Shown: piece after piece, positions 1-8,728 of the stretch | Numbering within the stretch: the stretch's first letter is position 1 | Layout of the letters: each line of letters opens with the position of its first letter | Assembly (NCBI GenBank): GCA_963681965.1 | Contig: OY820579.1 | Span: 3,296,001 to 3,360,000 of the forward strand | Reading direction: 5' to 3' | DNA length: 64,000 nt | Source of the DNA: a bacterium | GTDB taxonomy: Bacteria; Electryoneota; JAOADG01 | Notes under the pieces: generated by a model | Seen by the model: the letters and a program-made list of their open reading frames with translations, nothing else | Told to the model about the DNA's origin: nothing | Databases searched by the model: none | Position numbers and translations under genes: made by a program

Positions 1-422
1 CGTTCCAAAACGCCGCCATCCACTGCGCGCAATGGAAAGATATGCCCCGGTTTGCCGAATTCCTCGGGTTTCGTCTCGGGATTCGTCAACGCCCGAACGG
101 TTGCCGAACGGTCGTAAACCGAAATACCGGTGGTGCAACCCGGGAGGTAATCGACCGATACCGTAAACGGGGTACTATGAAATGACGAGTTGTCGCTCGG
201 ATTGACCATGTAATCCAGATCGAACCGCTTCGCCCACTCTTGATGCATCGGCACACAAACCAAGCCCCGTCCGTATTTCGAAAAGAAGTTAATCATGTCC
301 GGTGTGGCGTTTTCGGCGGCAGTAACAAAGTCGCCTTCGTTTTCGCGGCTTTCGTCGTCAACCACAATCACACATTTCCCGGCTTTCAGATCGGCAATCG
401 CCGACTCAATTTTGTCTAACAT
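1..422 (-). CDS. ribBA: 3,4-dihydroxy-2-butanone 4-phosphate synthase (RibB, probably bifunctional RibBA), N-terminal part, truncated by window edge
   Basis: Manual translation from ATG at 422: MLDKIESAIADLKAGKCVIVVDDESRENEGD, followed by FTVS/GISVYDR/PGHIFPL-type motifs; follows ribE in the operon. Confidence 0.9.
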   Translation of the reverse strand, partial: MLDKIESAIADLKAGKCVIVVDDESRENEGDFVTAAENATPDMINFFSKYGRGLVCVPMHQEWAKRFDLDYMVNPSDNSSFHSTPFTVSVDYLPGCTTGISVYDRSATVRALTNPETKPEEFGKPGHIFPLRAVDGGVLE

Positions 423-431
423 CTTCCTGCC

Positions 432-1025
432 TCATCGTTCGCGATGTTGTAACAAACGTTCTGTGTATTTTGCCAGAACATCGACTTCCAAATTGATTTT
501 CGATCCCACCCGCCAGCGCTGCGCATTGGTGATCTGCAGCGTGTGCGGAATGAGCGCAACCGAAAAATCGTCGTTGCGGCATTTCGCAACGGTTAAACTG
601 ATGCCATCCAGCGCCACCGACCCTTTTTCCGCAAGATATTTTTTACAGTCGAGCGGTGCGCGCAACCAGACTTCCCGGCTATCGCCCCGATGTTCGATCC
701 GAATTACCGCTGCGATGCCATCGACATGCCCCTGCACAATATGTCCATCGAGTCGATCCGTCAATTGCAGTGCCCGTTCGAGATGAACGGTATCGCCCGT
801 TTTATTGTCACCTAGAGTACTCCGATCAAGCGTTTCGGGAATCGCAATCACTGAAAATTCGGTTTCATTGCACGCTACAACCGTTTGGCATACACCGTTG
901 ATCGCTACCGATTCATCGACTTTCAATTCCCCGGCAAACGACGCCGAAATCGTCAGTCGGATCGATCCGTTCTGTCGGTCGGTTCGCTTGATTGTCCCGA
1001 TACCATCGATTAATCCGGTAAACAT
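432..1025 (-). CDS. ribE: riboflavin synthase (alpha chain)
   Basis: MFTGLI N-terminus, SVAINGVCQTV, GHIVQGHVDG, KGSVALDGISLTV, INLEVD. Confidence 0.97.
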   Translation of the reverse strand: MFTGLIDGIGTIKRTDRQNGSIRLTISASFAGELKVDESVAINGVCQTVVACNETEFSVIAIPETLDRSTLGDNKTGDTVHLERALQLTDRLDGHIVQGHVDGIAAVIRIEHRGDSREVWLRAPLDCKKYLAEKGSVALDGISLTVAKCRNDDFSVALIPHTLQITNAQRWRVGSKINLEVDVLAKYTERLLQHRER

Positions 1026-1107
1026 GGTTCTTCGATCCGCCTCAATTAGGATAATGATACGTATACTTCAGAATGTCGTTGCTCTCATCAAGAAATTGTC
1101 GTCGGTA

Positions 1108-1169
1108 GTAGGGGCGGACCCCCGTGTCCGCCCGCAAATAATTGTAGGTACAGACACTCTTGTCTGTAC
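1108..1169. repeat. two GTAG-initiated REP-like hairpins between ribD and ribE
   Basis: GTAGGGGCGGACCCCCGTGTCCGCCC and GTAGGTACAGACACTCTTGTCTGTAC; the same pair recurs inverted at 53563-53630. Confidence 0.85.
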
Positions 1170-1231
1170 AAGTTCGGCAAAGCCGAACATCGTATCACGA
1201 CAACTTACTTTCAAGTGATTCACAAGCAATG

Positions 1232-2332
1232 CTAATGCTTGATCTGCATCCGTAAATGAATATCGCTGCCGAACCGCTCGACCATCACTCGATCGAATGT
1301 CAACGCTTCACTGATATCGACAATCCCGAGATTGCCGAAGCCATCGTGCCCATCCGCGCCAATCAACTTCGGAGCGATCGCAACAATCAATTCGTCCGCC
1401 AGCTTGTGTCGCAAAAATGCTGTGGCAATATCGCGACCACCTTCGACTAAAATCCGCTGAATTCCCGTGCTCGATGCATACCGCATCAGATCGAACAAGC
1501 TGACATGATTATCCGCTGCGGGAAGTTCGACAATATCGGCGCCCGCTTTTTGTAAGATCCGTTGCCGATCGACGGCTTCGCCGGCAATTCCGCAAACATA
1601 TATTGGACTGGAAACGGTAAATAATTTGGCATTCACCGGTGTGCGAAAATGACTGTCGATTATGATCCGGATCGGATCGGGTCCTTTCGTGAGCACTACA
1701 TTCAACAGCGGATCGTCGGCGAGTACCGTACCGATGCCTACGGCGACAGCATCCACCGAAGCCCGCATCTGATGAACAAACTTCCGCGACTGTTCGCCGG
1801 TAATCCAGCGCGAACTGCCGTTCACTGTGGCGATCTTACCGTCGATCGTCTGAGCAATCTTTACGATCACATACGGCAATCCCGTAACCAGGTGCTTGAA
1901 GTATGCGGTATTGAGTGCGAGTGCTTCCTCGCGGCAAATGCCGTCAATCACTTCGATTCCGGCTTTCCGCAATGTCGAATATCCCCGCCCCGCAACAATC
2001 GGATTCGGATCCTGAATAGCACCGACTACTTTCGTTATTCCGGCATCGATAATGGCATTGGTACACGGTGGCGTTTTACCGTAATGACAACACGGTTCCA
2101 GCGAAACAAATAGCGTGGCACCATTCGCCTCGGATCCGGCACGATGAAGAGCAACCACTTCGGCATGCGGTCCGCCAAATTTCATGTGGGCACCGGAGGC
2201 AATCAAGTTGCCGTCTTTTACGATTACGGCACCAACCATCGGATTCGGTCCAACTTTACCGAAACCGCGTTGCGCAATCAGCAGGGCTTCACGCATCCAA
2301 TGTTCTTCGAATGAATCGCTCATTTCGACCAA
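1232..2332 (-). CDS. ribD: bifunctional diaminohydroxyphosphoribosylaminopyrimidine deaminase/reductase
   Basis: PNPMVGAVIV, HAE, SLEPCCHYGKTPPC zinc motif, SRWITG, LVEGG. Confidence 0.97.
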   Translation of the reverse strand: MVEMSDSFEEHWMREALLIAQRGFGKVGPNPMVGAVIVKDGNLIASGAHMKFGGPHAEVVALHRAGSEANGATLFVSLEPCCHYGKTPPCTNAIIDAGITKVVGAIQDPNPIVAGRGYSTLRKAGIEVIDGICREEALALNTAYFKHLVTGLPYVIVKIAQTIDGKIATVNGSSRWITGEQSRKFVHQMRASVDAVAVGIGTVLADDPLLNVVLTKGPDPIRIIIDSHFRTPVNAKLFTVSSPIYVCGIAGEAVDRQRILQKAGADIVELPAADNHVSLFDLMRYASSTGIQRILVEGGRDIATAFLRHKLADELIVAIAPKLIGADGHDGFGNLGIVDISEALTFDRVMVERFGSDIHLRMQIKH

Positions 2333-2334
2333 CT

Positions 2335-2365
2335 AAAAAATCCCCTATGCATCATAGGGGATTTT
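2335..2365 (-). terminator. intrinsic terminator, expression platform of the FMN riboswitch
   Basis: Minus strand AAAATCCCCTATG-atg-CATAGGGGATTTT followed by further T residues, just upstream of ribD. Confidence 0.8.
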
Positions 2366-2417
2366 CGAAGATGGTAACGAATGCGGGCAATTAATACAAT
2401 TGCTCGCTTTCGTTGGC

Positions 2418-2530
2418 ATCTTCTTCTATCCGGACTCTACCGTCGGCATCGGAATTTCACCGATTCCTGCCACCGTAGTGGCTCGCGGGCTGTACCGCCG
2501 ATAGGGAATTTCACCCATCCCCGAAGACGC
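2418..2530 (-). promoter_or_regulatory. FMN riboswitch (RFN element)
   Basis: Minus strand reads TCTTCGGGGATGGGTGAAATTCCCTATCGGCGGTACAGCCCGCGAG...GGTGAAATTCCGATGCCGACGGTAGAGTCCGGATAGAAGAAGA, matching the RFN consensus; upstream of the rib operon. Confidence 0.95.
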
Positions 2531-2598
2531 AATATGTTTGTTAAGTCTTTCTTATTCGTTACTTGACGATTACCGATAGAGATAATATACGAAAAAAA

Positions 2599-2919
2599 TC
2601 ACAATTCGTCGAGATGCTTCACCAACGTGTCCTTTGGCATCGCTCCGACTAACTGGTTCACGACCCTGCCGCCTTTGAAAAATAGCAGTGTTGGAATCGA
2701 GCGAATATTGAATTTCATCGCACTCGCCGGATTTTGATCGACATCCAGTTTCACGATCTTCACTTTGCCATCATACTCATCCGACAGTGCTTCCAGTGTC
2801 GGAGCAATCATTCGGCATGGTGCACACCACGGTGCCCAGCAATCGAGTAATACCGGCAACTTACTTTGCAGGACTTCCTTGTCGAAAGTCTGGTCGGTTA
2901 CTTCCAATGGTTTTGCCAT
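2599..2919 (-). CDS. trxA: thioredoxin
   Basis: WCAPC active site, IRSIPTLLFFKGG; start at MAKPLEV with GGAG RBS. Confidence 0.95.
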   Translation of the reverse strand: MAKPLEVTDQTFDKEVLQSKLPVLLDCWAPWCAPCRMIAPTLEALSDEYDGKVKIVKLDVDQNPASAMKFNIRSIPTLLFFKGGRVVNQLVGAMPKDTLVKHLDEL

Positions 2920-3033
2920 ACAAAAACTCCTGTTGCAACATTCGAACGACGAATTATCGTCAAGTTCTTCGAACGCCATCCTGATATTATTTTCTATAAT
3001 TATTATACAAAAAAACCTGCAAAATTCGAAATA

Positions 3034-4077
3034 CTATTTCAACGCTTTCCGTAAATATTCCGCTGCGATCTCCGGTGGTAACGGATTGATGTGCAGTCCG
3101 GTACCCCAGTCGAAGCCCGAGTTGACGTTCAATCGTGGTAAAATCTCGAAGTGCCAGTGCCAATCCATCTTCAGTGTATTCCAATAATTGCGTCGGTGTG
3201 CTTGAGCCGTTGTGTTCGGCGCATTATGCAACAACATGTTACACGGCGGATCGTTCAGTGCAATCTGGAATCGTTTCGAGATATCCGACAGCATTCGCGC
3301 CAGCGCAAATCGCTCGGAAGTGGTCATTTCGGTGTAATCGTGCGAATGGCGTCGCGGGGCAATGGCGATTTCAAATGGGAATCGCGATGCAAACGGAGCA
3401 AATGCGACAAATTCACCATTATCGGAAATTATCCGCTCGCCATCGCGCAATTCGTGATTCAATATATCGCAGTAGAGACATCGCTCTTTACGGTCGAAAT
3501 GTTCTTTCGCAGCATCCAATTCCATCGCGATCGTGCGCGGCGTAATCGGCGTTGCCAGCAATTGACTGAGGGGGTGTGCTACCGTCGCTCCGGCAGAGTG
3601 TCCGTAATTGCGGAAAAGGGTGACATAACGTAACCGCTCGTCGCGATACAGATCGCTCATCCGATGCGACCATATTTCCACGATTTGCGCCAGTTGATCG
3701 ATCGACATTTCCGAAAAAGGTTCATTGTGAACCGTCGATTCGATGATCACTTCATGCGCACCGACACCGGAGATTTTATCGTAAAGACCCAATCCCTCGC
3801 GATGAAGCGAGACTTCGGTCTGTAATGCCGAATACTTATTGGGTACCACTCGTTGTGCCCAGCCCGGTCCATTCGCTGGTGAACCCGGGGGTCGAATGGC
3901 AAATATTTCCGGCGGTGTACGATCTTCATTACCGGGACAGAACGGGCAGAAACGCCAGTCTTCACCGTCAATATTGACTTTCTCGGTAATAAAATCGTTC
4001 GGTCTCGCCATACGTTCCGATGCAATAATCACCCACCGCTTCTGCATTGGATCGTGTCGCAACTCCGACATCTTCAC
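3034..4077 (-). CDS. galT: galactose-1-phosphate uridylyltransferase family protein (GalT-like; catalytic His replaced)
   Basis: ELRHDP, CPFCPGNE, VVPNKY, GAHEVIIES, HWHFEILPR; HPH motif reads HPL. Confidence 0.85.
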   Translation of the reverse strand: MKMSELRHDPMQKRWVIIASERMARPNDFITEKVNIDGEDWRFCPFCPGNEDRTPPEIFAIRPPGSPANGPGWAQRVVPNKYSALQTEVSLHREGLGLYDKISGVGAHEVIIESTVHNEPFSEMSIDQLAQIVEIWSHRMSDLYRDERLRYVTLFRNYGHSAGATVAHPLSQLLATPITPRTIAMELDAAKEHFDRKERCLYCDILNHELRDGERIISDNGEFVAFAPFASRFPFEIAIAPRRHSHDYTEMTTSERFALARMLSDISKRFQIALNDPPCNMLLHNAPNTTAQAHRRNYWNTLKMDWHWHFEILPRLNVNSGFDWGTGLHINPLPPEIAAEYLRKALK

Positions 4078-4079
4078 TC

Positions 4080-5783
4080 CTAGTCTTTGTGACCACGCCA
4101 GACTTTAAAGTCGAGATCGGCGAACAAACCATCGCGCTCGGCGATCTCTTCCCAAGTAATACTTTCGTCTTCAGTCAATACTTCGTTCGCTGACAGTTTC
4201 GCCACGATTTCATACATCCGATCGAAATCGCGATGATGAACCCGAAAACGCATTTCCGAATAATCGCGTGCAGATACTGTCGAAATCAGGAATTGCCAGT
4301 CGGAAGACTCTAGTAAAAGTAACTCTCGACCGAGCTGTGACAAAGCCTTTCGCAATTCCGGATTACTTGTCTCGGAGTATTTGTCGACTGCTTCGAGCAT
4401 CCGTTGTTCGCAATCGTAGATGATTCCCCACGTCCATTCGGTATCTTCGTTATACCAAATGTGGTGGTAACCACCTTCACCCCAAGAGCCCTCGGGTAAC
4501 TCGATCCGATTCGCTACTTCGACTGAATTGTACTTCTCATTCAAAGTGATCGGTTGTGCGTTGGTTCCCTGTAATCGGCGAATCACTGCTTCGATCCATC
4601 GGATCCCTTCAAACCACCAATGACCGAACAATTCCGTATCGAACGGGGCACAGATCAACGGATTCGGGATCCCGTTCGCTTCCGCTTCCGCGAGCGTGGA
4701 TTTCACCAATTCGACAAAGTGATCCGCATTTTCATTGATCCGCCAATCGATCTTGCCAGTCTCGTATTCGAGCTTATCGCCCATATCGGCTTTCGCACCC
4801 GTCACACGCCAATACCGGTTACCGCCGGGAAAATGCTTTTTATGAAAATCGAGGTAGTAACCGTCACCCGGATAGCCATGCTCACCCGACCACACTTGCA
4901 GCGTCGTCTTCGGATGGCGGGTAAAGACACCTACCGGTTGTTTGTTATCGACATCGCCAATCCAGTGTAATTCATACGGGGTAGTCGGCTTCAACGGTTG
5001 TGCCGGGCGACTCGATTCGAACTGTTCCCACAGTTTCATCAACCCTTCGAATCGCGCTAGATACGCACCGATCGGTTTACCACCTTCGGTCAAATGCGAA
5101 TCGACGATGAAGTATCGCAAATTCACTTCATCCAATAATGCTTCGATGCCCAACCGCGTGTGCGGTATCCGCGATTCGCCTACCGGTGGGGTCCAGCGGT
5201 AACCCGGTCGATACGCACATTCCGGTAACCAGATGCCGTGCGGTTCGCGATGAAAGTGTTTCTTGTAGGTGTCGACACCGACTTTGAATTGTGCCCGTAA
5301 ACAATCGTCGTATCCCAGCAAGGGCGAATAGCCGTGTGTCGCAGAGCAGGTGATGATTTCAATCGCACCCAAATCCTGTAGCCGACGGAATTGTGCGATC
5401 AAATCGCTCTTATAATTCTTGCGGAATAAATCCAGTTGATGTTGGTAGAAATTGAGCCAGTAAGTTGCCAACTCAGCCAGATGTGTTTCTTCGGCTTCAA
5501 TAAAATTCTTGCGATCTTCTTCGCTGGCAGTGATCTTTAAATCAAGATATTCAGTCAATTCATCGGGAAACGAGAAGTCTGCCAATTGTTCCGCTAAGAC
5601 GGGCGTAATACCGATCGTGATCTTCGGCAGGATGCCGTCGTCGACCAGTCGGTCAAGCATCTCAATCAACGGTATGTAGCATTCCGTCGCGGCTTCAACC
5701 AACCAGACCGAACCGTGCGGCCATTTGCCGTGCGATATCACGTACGGTAAATGACTGTGTAAGACTAACGCAAAATTCCCCAT
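4080..5783 (-). CDS. GH57 1,4-alpha-glucan branching enzyme (DUF1957-type)
   Basis: VLHSHLPYV, GIWLPECAY, PFDTELFGHWWFEG, ELLLLESSDWQFL. Confidence 0.92.
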   Translation of the reverse strand: MGNFALVLHSHLPYVISHGKWPHGSVWLVEAATECYIPLIEMLDRLVDDGILPKITIGITPVLAEQLADFSFPDELTEYLDLKITASEEDRKNFIEAEETHLAELATYWLNFYQHQLDLFRKNYKSDLIAQFRRLQDLGAIEIITCSATHGYSPLLGYDDCLRAQFKVGVDTYKKHFHREPHGIWLPECAYRPGYRWTPPVGESRIPHTRLGIEALLDEVNLRYFIVDSHLTEGGKPIGAYLARFEGLMKLWEQFESSRPAQPLKPTTPYELHWIGDVDNKQPVGVFTRHPKTTLQVWSGEHGYPGDGYYLDFHKKHFPGGNRYWRVTGAKADMGDKLEYETGKIDWRINENADHFVELVKSTLAEAEANGIPNPLICAPFDTELFGHWWFEGIRWIEAVIRRLQGTNAQPITLNEKYNSVEVANRIELPEGSWGEGGYHHIWYNEDTEWTWGIIYDCEQRMLEAVDKYSETSNPELRKALSQLGRELLLLESSDWQFLISTVSARDYSEMRFRVHHRDFDRMYEIVAKLSANEVLTEDESITWEEIAERDGLFADLDFKVWRGHKD

Positions 5784-5793
5784 TACATTCCCC

Positions 5794-7869
5794 CTATGGC
5801 CAATATTGCGAGCCATGTTCGCATACATCTAACCACGGGAACGAAACGTATCCGAATTCCGGAATCCGTTGCACAATATTTTCTTGTTCCCGTATCTCTA
5901 GCCGCACTTGTAGGTGATCCCCAATAACCGCCTCAAATGCGCTTCCTTTTATCGATAATTCTAAAATATCTAAATATTTACTAACGAAGTCTTGGGTCGG
6001 TTTCAGATTTTTCGACCAGATAAATTCGTGACTGCTTTGATCACGTTTCTGTAAAATCAATGCGATTGTATATCGCCCCGGATTTCGCAAAAACGAGCCT
6101 TCCAATGCAAAGAACAAATTGGTTCGATCGTAACCGAAGCGAATCTGCGTGACGGGAGCATCGCTGCGATGAATTGCACCACGCGATTCCACACAAATCT
6201 CCCCCGCACCCAACCATTCGCCGTAACCAGTCTCGCGCCCATCGATCATCACATCCAGCATTTTCGCCGGTAGCGACGCATTTTGTTCGATTCCGTGCCG
6301 TACCGGTTCCAATAAATCCGCGGGAATTTCCTGATTGGCTAATTCGTAAATCCGAACCAAATGACCACGGAACAATCGGTCGAATTCGGGATCGTTTTCC
6401 GAACGATTGATGTCACCATACCACCAGAACCAATCGGATGATTGCGCTACCATCAGATGGTGCATCGCTTCGTTCCGGTTTCCGATCGTAGCGGTTTTGA
6501 CTAATTGCGTTGCCCGATCCAGTTGCAGCCATGCCCGATTCTTTTCGTCGTCGCCGCACCAGATCCGGAAATTCGAATCGATCCACGATCCGCTCGCCAA
6601 CCATTCCAAGGGCACCGTTTCAATGCGCGGTAGTGTCTGCGAAGGGGTCGAGGAGTACCAATCGGTATCGCGCACAAATGATTGTGCCAACTGCGTCAAA
6701 AAGCCATCACCGCCATCGTCGTAATTTTCCCACGCATTTTCACCATCCAGTGCAACCGTTACGACTTCACTCAGCGCTTCCGGATTCCGTTGCGCATCCA
6801 ATCGTTTCCGCAAGTCTGCCAGTGCGGTTTCCGGTCGCCAAGAATGATAGCGAAATCCGATCGCATCGGAGATCTTGCGATCCCGGAAAAAAATCGCCAT
6901 CGCCCCATTCACCGTATCCAAGCGATAAACACGATTTCGTTCCGACATCGAAATTTCCCGCCGTAAACTACGCGCGAGAATCCCTTCGTCGGCAACCGTC
7001 CAACGGCACCCTTCGGCAACCGCCAATTCTACTGCTGCCGGTGAAACAGACCCTTCGGAAAACCAAATCCCATTCGGATCGGTATGCCACGTCGAGCGAT
7101 GAATATCAATGCCGGCTCTCAGTTGCGCGACTGCCAGATCGGGGTGTTGATACGGCGGTTTCGGAATCGTTTCGCCCGGAATCGCTTCACCGGCACAATC
7201 GGTATCGATCAGCAGCGGAATGATCGGGTGAGTAAGCGGCGATACGGTATATTCCAAGTGGTCGCCGATCGCACTCTTATATCGACCCAGCAGACCCATT
7301 ACTGTTTCCGCTTGTAACGACAACAGCGCTTGCTTCTCTTCTTCGGTGTAATTTTGACCCTTGGCTACCAGTGATGCCACAATCGGCGAATTCCGCAGCG
7401 TAAATCCGCACCACGCCAAATTGAACAACACCTGTAAGTCGCGGAGTTCCTGATGTGAAAACGATTTCGCGACGGAAATCCGATTCGCTTCCAACTGCCA
7501 GTTGCCGCGCTTATTCAAGAGCGATTTGAATCGCGGAAAGGGTTCGATCAGCGTCCGGTGATTTGCCCAAAACGATAGTGTCAATAATTGGATTCGCTCT
7601 TCCAGAGTCAATTCCCGTGCCGATTTCCGCGCTAGATAAAACGCGGTATCCGCACCATCGTCGGGATTCCATGCCAATAACTGTTCGATCAGCGTACCGG
7701 TCCAGTTGATCGTCCAATGCGCTTCGCCCCGCTGAAATGCCGTCAATAAATCGCTGTATCCTTTGCACGCGTGCAGCCGCACCCACGGCAATTTCGGTCG
7801 CTGTGTCCAAGGATCGCGATAATCCGGTTGATGGAAGTGCCAGATGAATTGTATCGGTGTGCGTGTCAT
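5794..7869 (-). CDS. GH57 glycoside hydrolase (amylopullulanase-like)
   Basis: WHFHQPDY, LPWVRLHACKGY, HPIIPLL, LDGENAWE, SSDWFWWY. Confidence 0.9.
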   Translation of the reverse strand: MTRTPIQFIWHFHQPDYRDPWTQRPKLPWVRLHACKGYSDLLTAFQRGEAHWTINWTGTLIEQLLAWNPDDGADTAFYLARKSARELTLEERIQLLTLSFWANHRTLIEPFPRFKSLLNKRGNWQLEANRISVAKSFSHQELRDLQVLFNLAWCGFTLRNSPIVASLVAKGQNYTEEEKQALLSLQAETVMGLLGRYKSAIGDHLEYTVSPLTHPIIPLLIDTDCAGEAIPGETIPKPPYQHPDLAVAQLRAGIDIHRSTWHTDPNGIWFSEGSVSPAAVELAVAEGCRWTVADEGILARSLRREISMSERNRVYRLDTVNGAMAIFFRDRKISDAIGFRYHSWRPETALADLRKRLDAQRNPEALSEVVTVALDGENAWENYDDGGDGFLTQLAQSFVRDTDWYSSTPSQTLPRIETVPLEWLASGSWIDSNFRIWCGDDEKNRAWLQLDRATQLVKTATIGNRNEAMHHLMVAQSSDWFWWYGDINRSENDPEFDRLFRGHLVRIYELANQEIPADLLEPVRHGIEQNASLPAKMLDVMIDGRETGYGEWLGAGEICVESRGAIHRSDAPVTQIRFGYDRTNLFFALEGSFLRNPGRYTIALILQKRDQSSHEFIWSKNLKPTQDFVSKYLDILELSIKGSAFEAVIGDHLQVRLEIREQENIVQRIPEFGYVSFPWLDVCEHGSQYWP

Positions 7870-8723
7870 TTACTGGTATCTTTCGAACGAATCAACAGCG
7901 ATAGATCAAGTGGTTTTGCCGAATGCGTCAGTGCTCCGACCGCGACCAAATCGACGCCGGTACGGGCATACTCCGCCACATTTTCCAAAGTGATCCCGCC
8001 CGATGATTCCAATCGTGCTCGTCCCGCTGTAAGTAGTACTGCTTCGTGGACTTGCGGCACTGAAAAATTGTCCAATAGAATCTCAGTCACACCCGCATCC
8101 AGCGCAAGCTGCAATTCATCGATGGTCTCGACTTCCAGTTCAAAGACGTGTCCGGTTTTCTTCGTTTCCAGAATCGTTTTGAGTTTACTCAGGACTACGT
8201 GAAGACCATCGCCGGCAACCAGATGATTCTCTTTCAGCAATCCGCCGGTAGACAAATTAGCCCGGTGATTCGTGCCGCCACCCATTAAAACGGCATACTT
8301 CTCGGCAGCCCGCATTCCCGGTATCGTCTTGCGCGTGTCGCGAACCAAACAATTCGTGCCGGCAACCGCATTCACATATTTCCCGGTCAAGGTCGCAATA
8401 CCCGACAGATGCGATAGAAAATTCAGTGCCGTCCGTTCTCCGGTCAAAATCGGGCGCAATCGTCCCGAAAGCTGTACCCACGGGGCACCGGCTTGTACCT
8501 GATCGCCGTCCTGAACCAGCCATTTTTGGTCGACACCGGTTCCCGCTTGGCGAAAAGCTTCTTCCGCCGCATGAATTCCGCAAACAATCCCATCGACCCG
8601 GCTAAAGATCTCTGCCTTACCGGTACTCTCTTCACTTACAAAGGTTAAGGTTGTCACATCCGAGTAGGCGCCATCTTCGTGGAGTGCGCGTGTAACCAGA
8701 TCTGACCAATCAATTTGCGACAA
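7866..8723 (-). CDS. nadC: nicotinate-nucleotide pyrophosphorylase (quinolinate phosphoribosyltransferase)
   Basis: ERTALNFL, DTRKTIPG, KENH, ILLDNF, SSGGIT, GALTHSA. Confidence 0.96.
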   Translation of the reverse strand: MSQIDWSDLVTRALHEDGAYSDVTTLTFVSEESTGKAEIFSRVDGIVCGIHAAEEAFRQAGTGVDQKWLVQDGDQVQAGAPWVQLSGRLRPILTGERTALNFLSHLSGIATLTGKYVNAVAGTNCLVRDTRKTIPGMRAAEKYAVLMGGGTNHRANLSTGGLLKENHLVAGDGLHVVLSKLKTILETKKTGHVFELEVETIDELQLALDAGVTEILLDNFSVPQVHEAVLLTAGRARLESSGGITLENVAEYARTGVDLVAVGALTHSAKPLDLSLLIRSKDTSK

Positions 8724-8728
8724 GTCTC

